64,000 nucleotides of DNA from positions 20,646,001-20,710,000 of the forward strand of contig JBHGNT010000003.1 in NCBI GenBank assembly GCA_043228905.1. Reading direction: 5' to 3'. The position numbers and the translations under genes are program-made. The stretch's first letter is position 1. Each line of letters begins with the position of its first letter. The DNA is from Azolla caroliniana (lineage: Eukaryota > Plantae > Polypodiophyta). Of the stretch, positions 52,801-64,000 are shown piece by piece. Under the pieces are notes generated by a model. That model saw nothing but the letters and a program-made list of their open reading frames with translations, was not told where the DNA came from and made no database searches.

Positions 52801-53355
52801 AGATCAACGACGTTTTTCTCCTCACGATATATGTGGGCCTGAAAGACGAAAATCCAATAGGAAAGATAGAAGCATTAAATATATAAACTTTCTCTTCTTT
52901 AAAATACACATATGTACATACATGGCATTTTCCCAAAGAAAACTATTACATATACACACTTCTTCTTCTTTGTAACACATAAACACATACATGGCACTTC
53001 ACCCATGATAACAATAATCATCCCAAAGCATTATGTGTAGGATACAGGGTGGAGATTAATACTAGGGTTAGGCTAGGACTAGGAAAATCAAATTAGGTTC
53101 GCGTTTCTTTTTTTATACATTCAATGTTAGGACCACAAAACTTGGGTTTAAGTTAAGGAGGATCAAATTAGGGTTTTGTATTTTGTTTTCTTTTGCGTGT
53201 GTGTGTGTGTGTATGGGGAGAGATTTCTTCGCTACCTGTTTGAGAATATTGTCTGCAGTGCGATAGTATTTGGAGAGAGGGAAGCGATTGTCGACCTGAA
53301 CCTTAGGAGTGATCGCTGCGATGTTGATGGGCGATCTCTCAGAAGAACCTCTCAT
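46837..53355 (-). CDS. AMSH: AMSH-like ubiquitin thioesterase (N-terminal USP8-dimer/MIT-like domain plus JAMM/MPN+ domain), ~479 aa, 14 exons
   Basis: Exons 53355-53236, 52838-52774, 52084-52009, 51912-51763, 51681-51608, 49383-49278, 49190-49144, 49023-48741, 48112-48023, 47923-47861, 47703-47629, 47545-47483, 47389-47337 and 47011-46837 join in frame. Motifs include [55 protein letters not shown] (JAMM) and GFHPH. Confidence 0.95.
51069..51332. mobile_element. Candidate MITE in AMSH intron 5
   Basis: It has imperfect terminal inverted repeats (CATGCATA..ACG....ATTC / GAAT....CGT..TATGCATG), an A-rich centre and an internal 12-bp hairpin CATTCGTTTTCC/GGAAAACGAATG at 51265-51294. No clear TSD was found. 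Confidence 0.45.
52471..52646. repeat. 88-bp tandem duplication in AMSH intron 2
   Basis: CCACTCCTTCAATGATTAGATCGC... starts at 52473 and at 52561. Confidence 0.9.
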
Positions 53356-53382
53356 TGTGCTCTGTTTCCCTCCTGCTGCTTA

Positions 53383-53401
53383 TTCTTCTCTTCTTCTTCT
53401 T

Positions 53402-53432
<31 letters not shown>

Positions 53433-53455
53433 TTCGATGATCTCTTTGTTCCATG

Positions 53456-53510
<55 letters not shown>

Positions 53511-53610
53511 GTCTATGTATGTCTATGTATGTCTATGTATATGTATATGTATACGTCTATGTCTATGTCTATGTTTATGTATATGAGTATACATATACAT
53601 CTATGTATGT
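53383..53610. repeat. (TCT)n and (TATATG/TCTATG)n microsatellites in the AMSH 5' leader or promoter
   Basis: Read directly, immediately upstream of the AMSH ATG. Confidence 0.9.
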
Positions 53611-56600
53611 GCTCGTGACTATTTTCTACCAAATCATAACGAGGTGTGGAGAGGGAATCGCGGCCACAAACGGCGCAAGGCATGTTTCCGAGGGTGAGCG
53701 TGAACTGCACCGTCAGATCTTTATCCCGAAAAGCACACAACTTATCCATAGTTCGGCTCTAGACAACCTTATCCATAACTTGGCGCTGGCCAGCCCTTGT
53801 CACTAGTAACCCCGGTCTGGCCCCCTTCTAGTGTCACTGATAACTCGGCTACTCATTAGTGTCTTCGTGCGAGGCTACTACCTTGAGCCAAGCTACTGGC
53901 CAAGATGGGGTAGTTAACATATGCCCCAAAATATAGGCACATTTTGACAATTATGATAAAAGCAACATTGTTGTTATGAACTCACTAGCATACATATACC
54001 ATATTTTAGCATTTTTTGCCATATAGGTATACACTTATGATTTCAAGCAATATACTTATGATTTCAAATACACCACATACACTGAGGATTTCACCATATA
54101 CATTGGCACGCCATACTACATAGACACTAAATATATTGCTTCTTCATTATGGAAAATCAATTTTACAAACCATACCGGCCAAATCTCAGCATTTACATCA
54201 TGATATTGAATTTATATACTCAAGAGGATTGATACATACTATCCAATATCAATCAGATTTTACAAAATGTAATGGCAAAAGGCCAAGACTTCTTATATCA
54301 AAAACCCCAAAACCTAATGTGCCCATTTTGCCATATTAATTTGAAGCAACTCCACGTCTTCATGTATGAACCAATGCTTAGACCCTTTCTAAACAATCCT
54401 TTTAATAACTAGCTCGTAGTTGTTGAAGTATGATGCGCCACTCTTTTTTCCTTGAGTCAAATGTTCTTCTTCCTTCAACCCTCTTGGAAGCACTAAATTA
54501 ATGCCATGTACCTTCCGCAAATGTGCCTCCATATTCATCTTCTTATGAACCCAATGGGGGTTTTGACAACATGACTTTGTAACTATACATGTCTGAAATT
54601 TGACTTGGTAGATATGTTGCTTCTGATAACCCTTCTTACAAAAACCCTACAACCAAAACCGATACATGGGTTGTTGAGATGAGTTGGGCTACTAACATGA
54701 GTCAAGTCAAGTTACCAAGATGAGCTTGGGCTACTTATGTTTGAACAATCGGGCTACTTGGGTTACCAAAAGACAGATTTACAATGGCTGCTTTTTTTGG
54801 ATGATGATCCAACAATGCCTTGTCCATGACCATGATTCTCTCACCAAGCCTCATTATGATTCATGTCAAATAGACATGTCAATATGCATATGTTTGTATG
54901 TACGTATGTATGTATAATGTATGTATGCATTGTGACTTGCATGACTTGTCAAAAACAAGGTAATTTTAGTAAATTACTAGAACTATCCCTCACCCCCAAA
55001 CCTCCAAAGGCTTCTCTATTTTATTGCCCTCACACCTGAATACTTACTTCATTGTCAACTCCCTCCGGGCAAATTGTTCCCTCATGTGCTCACACTTATT
55101 ATTGCGAAATATTCTTTCTTGTAAATAGTTGTTCATCCAAAAAAATACAAGTTAAAAGTAATAGTGTGATATATTGTCCTTAAAGCTTTTCTCCATTAAT
55201 TTACCTAGAACCATTGGAGTTCCCAACATGTATACCGTCTCCACCTTGTATATGTTCCAAACGTATTCTTTTTTGTAAATAGTTGTCCATCTAGAAAAAA
55301 TACCTATTTGATGCCTTGCCCTTGCTTTTTTGTTGTACATGGACTCAAGTTTCCAACACTTGCTTTCATCCCTCTCCACTTCAACATATGTGGGGTGATG
55401 GTTTTGGTATGTCCCTTTAAATAATCATTTGTCCGGATAAAATGCCCCTTTGTTGCATTGTTCTTTTCAAGCATTTTACTCTAACATGAGTTTTTAACAC
55501 TTATCGGTTGCCCCCATAAACTTTTGCACGATGACGTGCCAATACGTATATGTAAAGCTTTAAAAGCCTTACTAGGGGTATAAATGTAAATAGTCATTCT
55601 AAAAAACTATATATCTTTGACACTATATGGGTAGGGTTGCCCTATCCTTTTTGGGTATTTTTTTGTTGATCACCAACCCTTACCATACCCTTTTTTAATT
55701 GCATACTTGCGGATTAGTAATGTATTCTTGTAAAGTTATATGGGTACTTTGATAGTTCTTTCTTCTGGTTTACGAAAATCTATATGATAACTCATGTTAG
55801 TTAACAAACGTGCAACCTAATTATTGTAATATTGAACCTTATGCCTACCATTTGGTTCCTACATTCACACTTTTATGTTTTTACCCCTTAGCTTGACCAA
55901 ACACATTGTTTGGCCCTTTTGGTTGTGTGTCACCATAATAGCACACACAAATCACATGTATTTCAGTGGACAACTTCATTGATATACTACATCATGATGA
56001 TTCAAATTGTCATGAAAAAAATAGAGATTTATAAAGTTAAAAGACAATGGCAACCACCCCTAAAATAAACATATGATTTTGCCTTAGCCTTACATCACAA
56101 GATAAGGCTTTTTTTATGAATAATGAATGATGAAGTCTTCTTTAGCATATGTGAGAAGAACCATAAACCTTTAAATACATTTGTAGTATTAAAAAAATCA
56201 TAGTAAATGACATATGATAACAATAATGAAAACATTGTGATGGAATTTGTTAGTAATAGGGGACACTAATGTTTGTTGGCCAATACTTATGAAGTCGAAA
56301 TAAAATAATTATAGTTCAAGATTCTCCTATCTTGAGAAGCAACCACGAGAAACGTGATACCCCAAACCAAGCGTACAATATGATTAATCACCCATGAGTA
56401 TATTATTTTGTTTTTGATCGATGGCGATATGGCTCTTACAAAATGAATCATTTCACGGCCCTAGTTAGAGAGGGGACAATTTAATAGAAACAATAGAATG
56501 TTATTAGACGGGAGATGGAGAAAGAAAGGAGACACAACAATAAAGTGGGGGGGGGGGGGGGGGATAAGATAGTGTAAGACTTAAGACAAAGACGAGTTCA

Positions 56601-59583
56601 ATATCATTGAATTGACAAAAACAATCCGTCGATGGAGATGATGTGATGTTGTAATTTGGTCGAAACTTATTCAATTTCATTAATTGTATTTCACTTTTCA
56701 AAATAGGCAAATTCTATATTTCTCAAGTTCAATGAAACAAGAAAAAGAAGAAGGAATCGTAATGACATGACATTGGATTGCTAATTGGAGTAGCCAAACA
56801 CAACCAAACAATGAGTCATAAAGCACTAACAATATTCATGATGGGTTTAGGTTTAGATAATAATAAAGAAGTACTAGCCCACTAGGCAAGCAATTAAAAA
56901 AGACGAGAACTTAATGATATTATCAATCTCAGGCCATGTTTGTGAGATTTATTAGGTTATCGAATGATATCGTTATTTGTTGAAGAACATGGAATGGATA
57001 TATCTTTTTGGACCAAATGTAGATCATCGTGTAACGGTGTACTGCACAAACCAAAGTGTGTCAACAAATGACGACATATGAATGCCATTTTTTCACAACT
57101 TCTTGTAGCTTGTGTGATGGCTCCACTATTTGTTTTAAACGCAAGGACTCCACGACTATTTGTTGGTTAGTTCATTAATAATATTTGATTCGACAAATGG
57201 CTAAGTAGTACTTATATGAACTTCATAAAAACACTATTACACATCCATGGATGAATAACATAAGTTTGTTTGATGTAATTAATATAAAGAATGAATAACA
57301 TATGTTCTTATGGCTAATTATAGTAATTAGCTGATTGCTTTTGTCAAAATACAATGCTACAAAATAAGATGAATATTGCACTTTATGCACTATTCCATTT
57401 TTAACCAAAATAGAAAAAAACATTAAACAATAAATCACATACGGCCAATTTGCGCTCACCAAGACATTACTTGAACTTAAAATAGAGAAAAGATAAAGAA
57501 GGCTAGTTAAGCATTAGATAAAAAATCATGCTTTAAAAAATAAGGGACAATCATTACTGAGTAGGGTTGAGAGAATTTCATTTCTAAACATGCCATGCAA
57601 ACGTTTAGGAGGTGAGGTATATATGAACCTTGAGCAACATAAACTAGTGAACATGAAGATGGAAGATATCTATAAATGAGATATTTGCTTGATTCACAAT
57701 TAGGGGATGAAATGCAATCAAAGTAGAACTTTCTAGAAATTTTGTAGCTTAATTTCAAGATTAACCTACATTATAATCGTTTTGGTTTTAGACTTGTAAT
57801 AAACTTTCTTCAAATTTGACATAATTTTTGTTGTGTAGCCATAACGTGTACACCAAAAGTTGTAAGTTGGCGCTCTTAAGCGACATGGATAGATTGATTA
57901 ATGTAGATGTTCCTACATGAATCATGGTTTGAATGAAATGCAAGTTTGTATGACTCTACAATTGTTTTGAAGATCATTTCGTAATTGGGGTTGAAAATTA
58001 TGATCAATCAATGTAGGCATCTTACATAAACCGTGGTTCATTTTGCAAAAGAACTCATATCTTATGGCATACAAGAAGCAACATTCATAGTGCTAATCTG
58101 CCAACCCCCGATGCATGTCTATCATTAGTTGATTATCTTTTATTAACATGAACATAACTCGCCTCCATTGTTGGATCCATCTATCAACTTCTTCCCTATC
58201 TTAATTCGACACCATCATAACCTTTTGATACTCTGAGAAGTCTTAGGTCTAACTTATTACACACTCTGAAAATCTCATATTTAACTTGTCGATAACTATT
58301 CACGTTATGTGCACAACTACAATTGATCATGAGATAGGTTTTCTCCAATCTTATTATAAGTATGTGTGGGTTAAATCCGAAAGGAATGTGAGTATGAATT
58401 GAATATTAAAAGTCTATGGCGTAAGAAATTAGTAAGCGTGTTATCACTTGACCATTTCAAATGAAGTAGCAAAGTGTGTGAATGGACTAGGGCTTAGGGT
58501 TCCTACCTTCTTATGGCAAGGGTAGTATGGGACATCATGGAGATTCGGGTCCACCTGGCGCCATAACATGGGGATAGTTAGGTGGTCTAGCTCCCGTCTT
58601 TCTCTTCTTTAGTTTATCTTTCCCTACATTTTGCTCACTAATAAGTTAGCCTCTAACAATTCATGCCCATTAAAGCAATAATAATTTACATATCCCACAT
58701 ATTTGTTTCAATATCCCAAACAAGGCTTACATTGATCTCATACTTGGCTCAATACAATGAATGTGTGCACAAAATAACTTACCACGAGTAAAATGACACA
58801 CTATTCATCCATTTCAATGTTGGGCAAAATGGGTGCATCCTATACACATAGCACTGCTAATAATGATGGATAACCAAACTCAAAGGCTTTCAAAGTGTGA
58901 GCTAAAAGTCACACTAAATGAATGTTTATAAATTTAAACTTAAAACCATTGCATTCATCATAATGCTTAAAAAAGGAATTCAATTGTTCCATTTAACCAC
59001 AAGATAATGTAACATCCCAACCAAATACATATATATACGCTCTCACTGAGAAGATGGATACAAATTGTGCTATTCATCAAAAGATTAAGGTGTACGTAGG
59101 TAGTAATATTGGGCTAATCAAATGACTGTCTAAAGGTAGTCAGCCTGCCTAGGAGGAGGGGCTACATTGTATGTTCAAATCTTGCCATATCACACATACC
59201 TTACATTGTTAACCTAAACAGCATTAATCAATCCACCAATCTCCTCCACATAAACTTGGTGACCAGTTTCTAACAAAAATTAAGAACAAGTGATGCACAT
59301 CCTGACTATGTTCATTACCAAAAGTCTAAAACTTATAAATATACAGATATATATTGCTACAACAACAAAATCAAGTTTGTTTCCCCGTCATGTGCATTCA
59401 TTCACAGACTAAATTGTAAAACTTATGATATATGTACAAACATATTGCTATAACAGAAACAGCAGAGTTCAGAATCCTCAAGAAAATCGCTCAATCCTGA
59501 TCAAACAAACTTCAAAGATAGTCTATCGAACATTAAAACAACACAAGACTAGAACAATCCAAACAAGGTCTGGCGAACCCATC

Positions 59584-61203
59584 CTAATACCCTCCTTGGA
59601 TGTACGCATTCAAACGTTCGAGTTCCTCCCGATGCTCATCAACAACAGCTCGGACAACATCACCAATTGAAACCATTCCCCTCATTTCCCCACCTTTGAT
59701 CACCGGGATATGCCGGATTCTTTTCTCTGGCACAAACACAGGGAAAAAACATCTCCCTTCACACTAGACTCCAAGAGTATATTATTTCATAGCTAACTTA
59801 GTCGATATAAATATGTGTCGCCCTTAGATTATATGTTTTTTCAAAGCTTAGCTTTTTTATCTAGATAATGCACAATAATAAGAGATACAATACACTCAAG
59901 ATTTAGGGGATTGAGATTTCGAGAGGAGAATATGAGAAATAATGTAATCTCAATATCTCAACAAAAACTTTGCTTTTACCTGTCATGAGTTCCATAGCTT
60001 GGAGAACTTTGGTCTCGGGGGTTACGGTAATGAGCTTGTTCTGAAAGTTAGAAATTGACAGTCCATGTTGTCATGAGGAAAATCATACTAGTTCATCAAT
60101 TTTAAAAAAAGTGACCAACGAAATAGCATGCATACCTCCTCAGTCATTATGTCTCCAACTTTGGTTGTCTTGGATGACCTACCTTGGACAATGATTTTCC
60201 TCAAGTAATCTAGGCGACAAGAAAAAAGGAAAGAAAGAAACCCACCAGAAAAACCAATCTCTCTCGGATGATAAACCTTTCATAGAGACTCATTCCATTT
60301 ACATTGAAATGGAATACACATATCATATTATTGAATTCTATAAAAGACATATGTTGGTGAAACTTATATAGAGACTCTAGAGTACTTTAATATTCATATG
60401 CGAATTCTTTCTCTCAATATATCTATCTATCTATCTATATGCTAGGCATCTACAAAAAGATATAATACAAACTAATACACGTCCCTGCTAGCTGTTTGCA
60501 TATGATTAATGGATATCGATGTTATATCTTAGTGCGACTTACATCTAAAATCCTTTAATAATCATATGATAATATCCATATCAAGATAAACCATTTGCAT
60601 ATGAAAATTGAAGAGCTTCAGATATATGTTAGTCATCTACAACAAGATATATACTCTATAAAATATATGCATGTGTGTATAATCCTGACCCCTTTCCGTG
60701 ACAATTCCAGCAATATCATGTCCTCCAGGCTTTACAACAAGAAGAGCTCCGACATTGTGTTGGGTCATCTGAAAGCAGCAGAGAAAATCAAAGCTGTGGA
60801 CTGCACAAGAATCTGAATTGAAGCATCTGAAAGTTTAAAAGCAGTTCTATTTATCAACTTCATTTACCGATTTCACCGCTTCGTAGACACTATCCTCGGT
60901 TTTGCAGAAGAGCCAGTGTCCATCAGCCTTATCGCCTTTTTGTTTGAGAATATCAGAAATGGTGGTGCTCTCAAACCCATGTTCTTGTAGCTTCTCAGCC
61001 GTAGATGATTCAAAGCGAGCAAAGAAGAGCTGATTGGGCAGGTTCCTCATTGTGAAAACGGCTGGGCGGATATTCGTGGATTCTATTTGGACATTGGATG
61101 ATTTCTTTTGGATATTCTGGCAGACATTCTGTCGAGCCAAGCCAGTTATAGAAGTTACTGCTCGGCGTCCTTTGACTGCCAGATTTCTTGTAACACCTTG
61201 CAT
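59584..61203 (-). CDS. CBSX3: CBS domain-containing protein CBSX3-like, mitochondrial, ~230 aa, 5 coding exons
   Basis: Exons are 61203-60868, 60768-60690, 60209-60136, 60040-59980 and 59726-59584. An Arg-rich presequence ends at FARFES, followed by EHGFESTTISDILK..KADGHWLFC...MTQHNVGALLVVKPG...TERDYLRKIIVQGRSSK...RIRHIPV...RLNAYIQGGY. Predicted 5' UTR introns are 61951-61222 and 62190-62038. Confidence 0.95.
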
Positions 61204-61275
61204 CTTAATGGAGAGTAATAGCTACAACAAAAGCAACAGTTCTACTTTTATGATGTTCCCTCCCTCTCCAAGGGA

Positions 61276-61700
61276 AAACATAGGATTCTGACACCAACTT
61301 TAACCATCTCTCTATCTTTTCTTCTCTCTATCTATCAAATGACCTATCTTAATGGATTGCATGGCATCTGCGACAATCAATCAAATTTCTTTTGTTCATT
61401 ATGTGTTAGCTCAGAGTGACTTGCTATTTTCATTGGTCTTCCAAGAGTCCATAAGGAGTGATACACTGTTTAGATACTAGAATATACATATAAAGAAGAA
61501 CCAACTTAACCATCTCTCTATCTTTCTATTTAATTATCGAACTATCAAAAAGCCAGTCTTGAATGATCACACGGAATGTGTAAAAATCAATCAAATTTCT
61601 TTTCGTCGTTATGTGTTAGTGCAGTCTCACTTGCTAGTTTCTTTGATCTTCCTAGGCTTCACATTGAAGGGATGCAATGTTTAGATACTAGAATATGCTT
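61276..61700. repeat. Diverged ~207-bp tandem duplication in the CBSX3 5' UTR intron
   Basis: ACCAACTT(T)AACCATCTCTCTATCTTT...AATCAATCAAATTTCTTTT...TGTTTAGATACTAGAATAT occurs twice, with a partial third copy near 61870. Confidence 0.75.
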
Positions 61701-63654
61701 TTGTGTTAATCAGCTCTTGTACACATCTGGTGGACATTCATAGATTCTGATCAGGCAAAAAGAAAACATGGCTAGATAGGTATTCAGGCAATTGAGGTGT
61801 TGTCATAGAGGCAGGACCGTGGTATCATACACATAGCATGTTAATCATCCTTCTATCTCTCTCTCATATGCAAAAACAGAGGATCCTGACACCCGCTCAC
61901 TCTCTATTTATCTATTATCTAGCAGAAGAAAGAAAGAGTACAGGGACTTACCTGCGCAAATCGTCCTTTGGACTAGAATGCAGAAGCCTGGTTGCAGAGG
62001 ATGAAGAACTGGGTTGATCTATCTAAACATAAATATACTGCAAAAACAGAGAGAGAGAGAAGCCTTAGGGCATAAGTTAACACAAATCATAACAAACATT
62101 TGTGTATAAATATTTCAAAGGTTTTGATACCATGCTTTCTTTGCCTTGCAAATACATCTGTATGTATGTGAATGAGTGAGTGAGTGATACCTAGTAACAA
62201 GAGAGGTCCCGGCAAACAACACCTCACAAAAGTGCCAAAAGCCCGAATTAAGGAGAAACAAAAGCTAATGAATTTGTTGAGCCTCGATTTGTATCAGGCT
62301 CACCGAGGAGAGCTTTTAATTAAGTGATAGTAGAAATCGACACTCGATTATAGTGAGAGATGTTATAGTTACGAGTCAAAGAATGCACAATGTGACCACC
62401 TGATCCAAGGTTAACTGGATAATGTGACCACGCCACGTAGGCATTTGATGTGCAATACATCGCGTGATTGCTATAATAAGAGTTTGAATTGACACAAACA
62501 CTCAAGGCCTAACTAATTGCCACCATATTACACTTTGAGGAAAGTGATCCAAGGGAAGTGAAATCACTTATGTGTTACATGCTATACTCACATTGACTCG
62601 AGCAATGCCCAATGATCCATCCTGCAGTGCCTCGTTGGCCATTCAAAACCAAGACCAAGTATGGGAGCATTCCAACAACTAAGCTGCCAAATCACCACCT
62701 ACATGTGCAATTACATCATGACTAGATGGTCTCATTGGGCAATTCAAAGATATAGATCTTCACATGTTGAAGGTGGACATTAAGGCAGAAGCACATAGTT
62801 GAGTGAACTTGTCCCACATCAAAAGAGTTGTGTGTTGTGCCACCCCATGTTAACAAGTCAAGTAGCCAAGCCACTTTCAGGTCCACTTTGAACCACCATT
62901 TGGTCATTAGGACATTGAGCCCACTTGCATACTTGCGCACGGGCTAGCAATGTGGATTTTCTCTTTGTCAAATAACTACTCCAATCAATTGTTTCTAGTG
63001 ATTTTTGGTGGCCTTGGAGTGAGGTGAGTCATTGCTTTTCTCAATATGACCTACTACAATGTGCTAGGCCTTTTCAAAGTGATTGGACACCATCAAGTAG
63101 ACAAATCACGTGTCGTTGGACCCACTAATGCTAGCATTAGTGGTGACAATTTAATGGATCATTAACAACATTTTTTGCTATAAGGATCATTGTGGTGTTA
63201 ACAGTGTAGTTGGCCACATCGCTCCTCTTTTAATAGAAATTGCCTTGATGTGGCCATATTTGTTGAGGTACCAACACTCTAGATTGTTTTGGTAGTTTTA
63301 TTCGCCATGGAAACCCCATATCCGCCTTCTTTTAGAGCTCCATAAACTGATAGCTACCATAAGCTTTACGATTGATAAACTGATTGCAGCATTTCAAGAC
63401 GAGTCTTAACATTGAACTTTGGCAAAGCTTAAGGCTTCTCCTCCATGCCTTTTGCATCCCAATGTATATGCCAACAACATAAAAAGCCTTTCGTCTTACC
63501 TCACGATATAAGCTCGTGCCCGTTCCTCGATGTTTTCTTCATCCCAAGGCACGTTAACAACATGAAGAAAGCCTCTTTCACACTCCTAATACCTTGCAAA
63601 CAACCCCCCACCCCCACAACTCAAAAGAGTTTACTAGTGTGAAAGCGGACAGAG

Positions 63655-63960
63655 AAAGGATGACGTGGAAAGGCCCGCCATCATCGTCCACACGTGGCTA
63701 AAGAGTTTGGGCTGATCGCAGCCGTCGGATGCCCATCGGACGGCCGACGTCGCTCCGAGGCCTGTGCCCGACCGGCGAAAACACGTGGACTCCACACGAC
63801 TGGTCCATGCCACGTAAGGTATGACGTGGCGCCTCCCTTCCCTCCCTTCCTCCTTGTGGAGAAGCCAAAAAGAGGCCGCCACGTAGGCCGGGCCTGCCAC
63901 GTGTTCGAGGCGAGAGGGGCGACGTGGCGCCACGTCGTCGGCCACGTCGTTCCGACCATA
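63655..63960. promoter_or_regulatory. GC-rich island with 11 ACGT cores (G-box/ABRE-like cluster)
   Basis: ACGT occurs at ~63663, 63692, 63747, 63783, 63812, 63824, 63881, 63899, 63922, 63932 and 63944. An 18-bp palindrome CGACGTGGCGCCACGTCG lies at 63920-63937, followed by CTC-rich leader-like sequence. Confidence 0.55.
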
Positions 63961-64000
63961 AGCCCTCCTCCTCCTCCAGCTCCTCCTCCTTGTGTAAGCT

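Noticed and set aside
58555-58575. TGGCGCC...GGGGA resembling a retrotransposon primer-binding site
   Set aside because: No matching LTR boundary, TSD or downstream gag was found.
61885-61946. GCTCACTCTCTAT followed by AGAAGAAAGAAAGAGTACAGGG, resembling miR156* and miR529
   Set aside because: The matches have several mismatches and form no convincing precursor hairpin. The left part belongs to the local intronic duplication.
62320-63630. Possible transposase or other TE-derived coding remnant upstream of CBSX3
   Set aside because: Frames are broken and I recognised no diagnostic motif; a TBLASTX or HMM search would be needed.
53801-63639. CACTAGTAA ... TTACTAGTG suggesting a ~9.8-kb CACTA element capturing CBSX3
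   Set aside because: The match is only 9 bp, the flanking triplets differ (TGT vs TGA) and I recognised no transposase. CBSX3 looks like an ordinary intact gene.

Overview
Gene-rich 64-kb segment of a land-plant nuclear genome. It is most likely a non-flowering lineage such as a fern; this is inferred from a CHD7/Kismet-type remodeler, an overlapping miR156/miR529-type site and RTEX-like LINEs. Six intron-containing genes can be assembled by hand from splice signals and reading frame: an SBP-box SPL transcription factor with a canonical miR156 site (+, 7152-10430); a divergent TRF-like telomere-binding Myb protein (+, ~13478-16497); a DDX6/Dhh1/RH8-type DEAD-box helicase (+, 21592-27043); a subfamily-III CHD remodeler (+, ~30927-44623); an AMSH JAMM deubiquitinase (-, 53355-46837); and a mitochondrial CBSX3-like protein (-, 61203-59584). 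The main non-gene signal is one LINE family with about 7 copies, all inside introns of two genes. It has a (CTTT)n tail and a 3' stem-loop that carries a compensatory change in one copy. It repeatedly sits at (GA)n/(GAAA)n microsatellites and at older copies of itself, forming head-to-tail stacks. Other oddities are a 118-bp fold-back element with TG..CA ends and a 5-bp TSD, a solo LTR nested in a LINE, an (AG)28 run 13 nt from a splice acceptor, a unit-length-graded minisatellite filling SPL intron 2, telomere-like boxes across the SPL locus, candidate GC-AG introns and a dense ACGT/ABRE cluster at the right edge. All exon boundaries are manual predictions and no database search was run.
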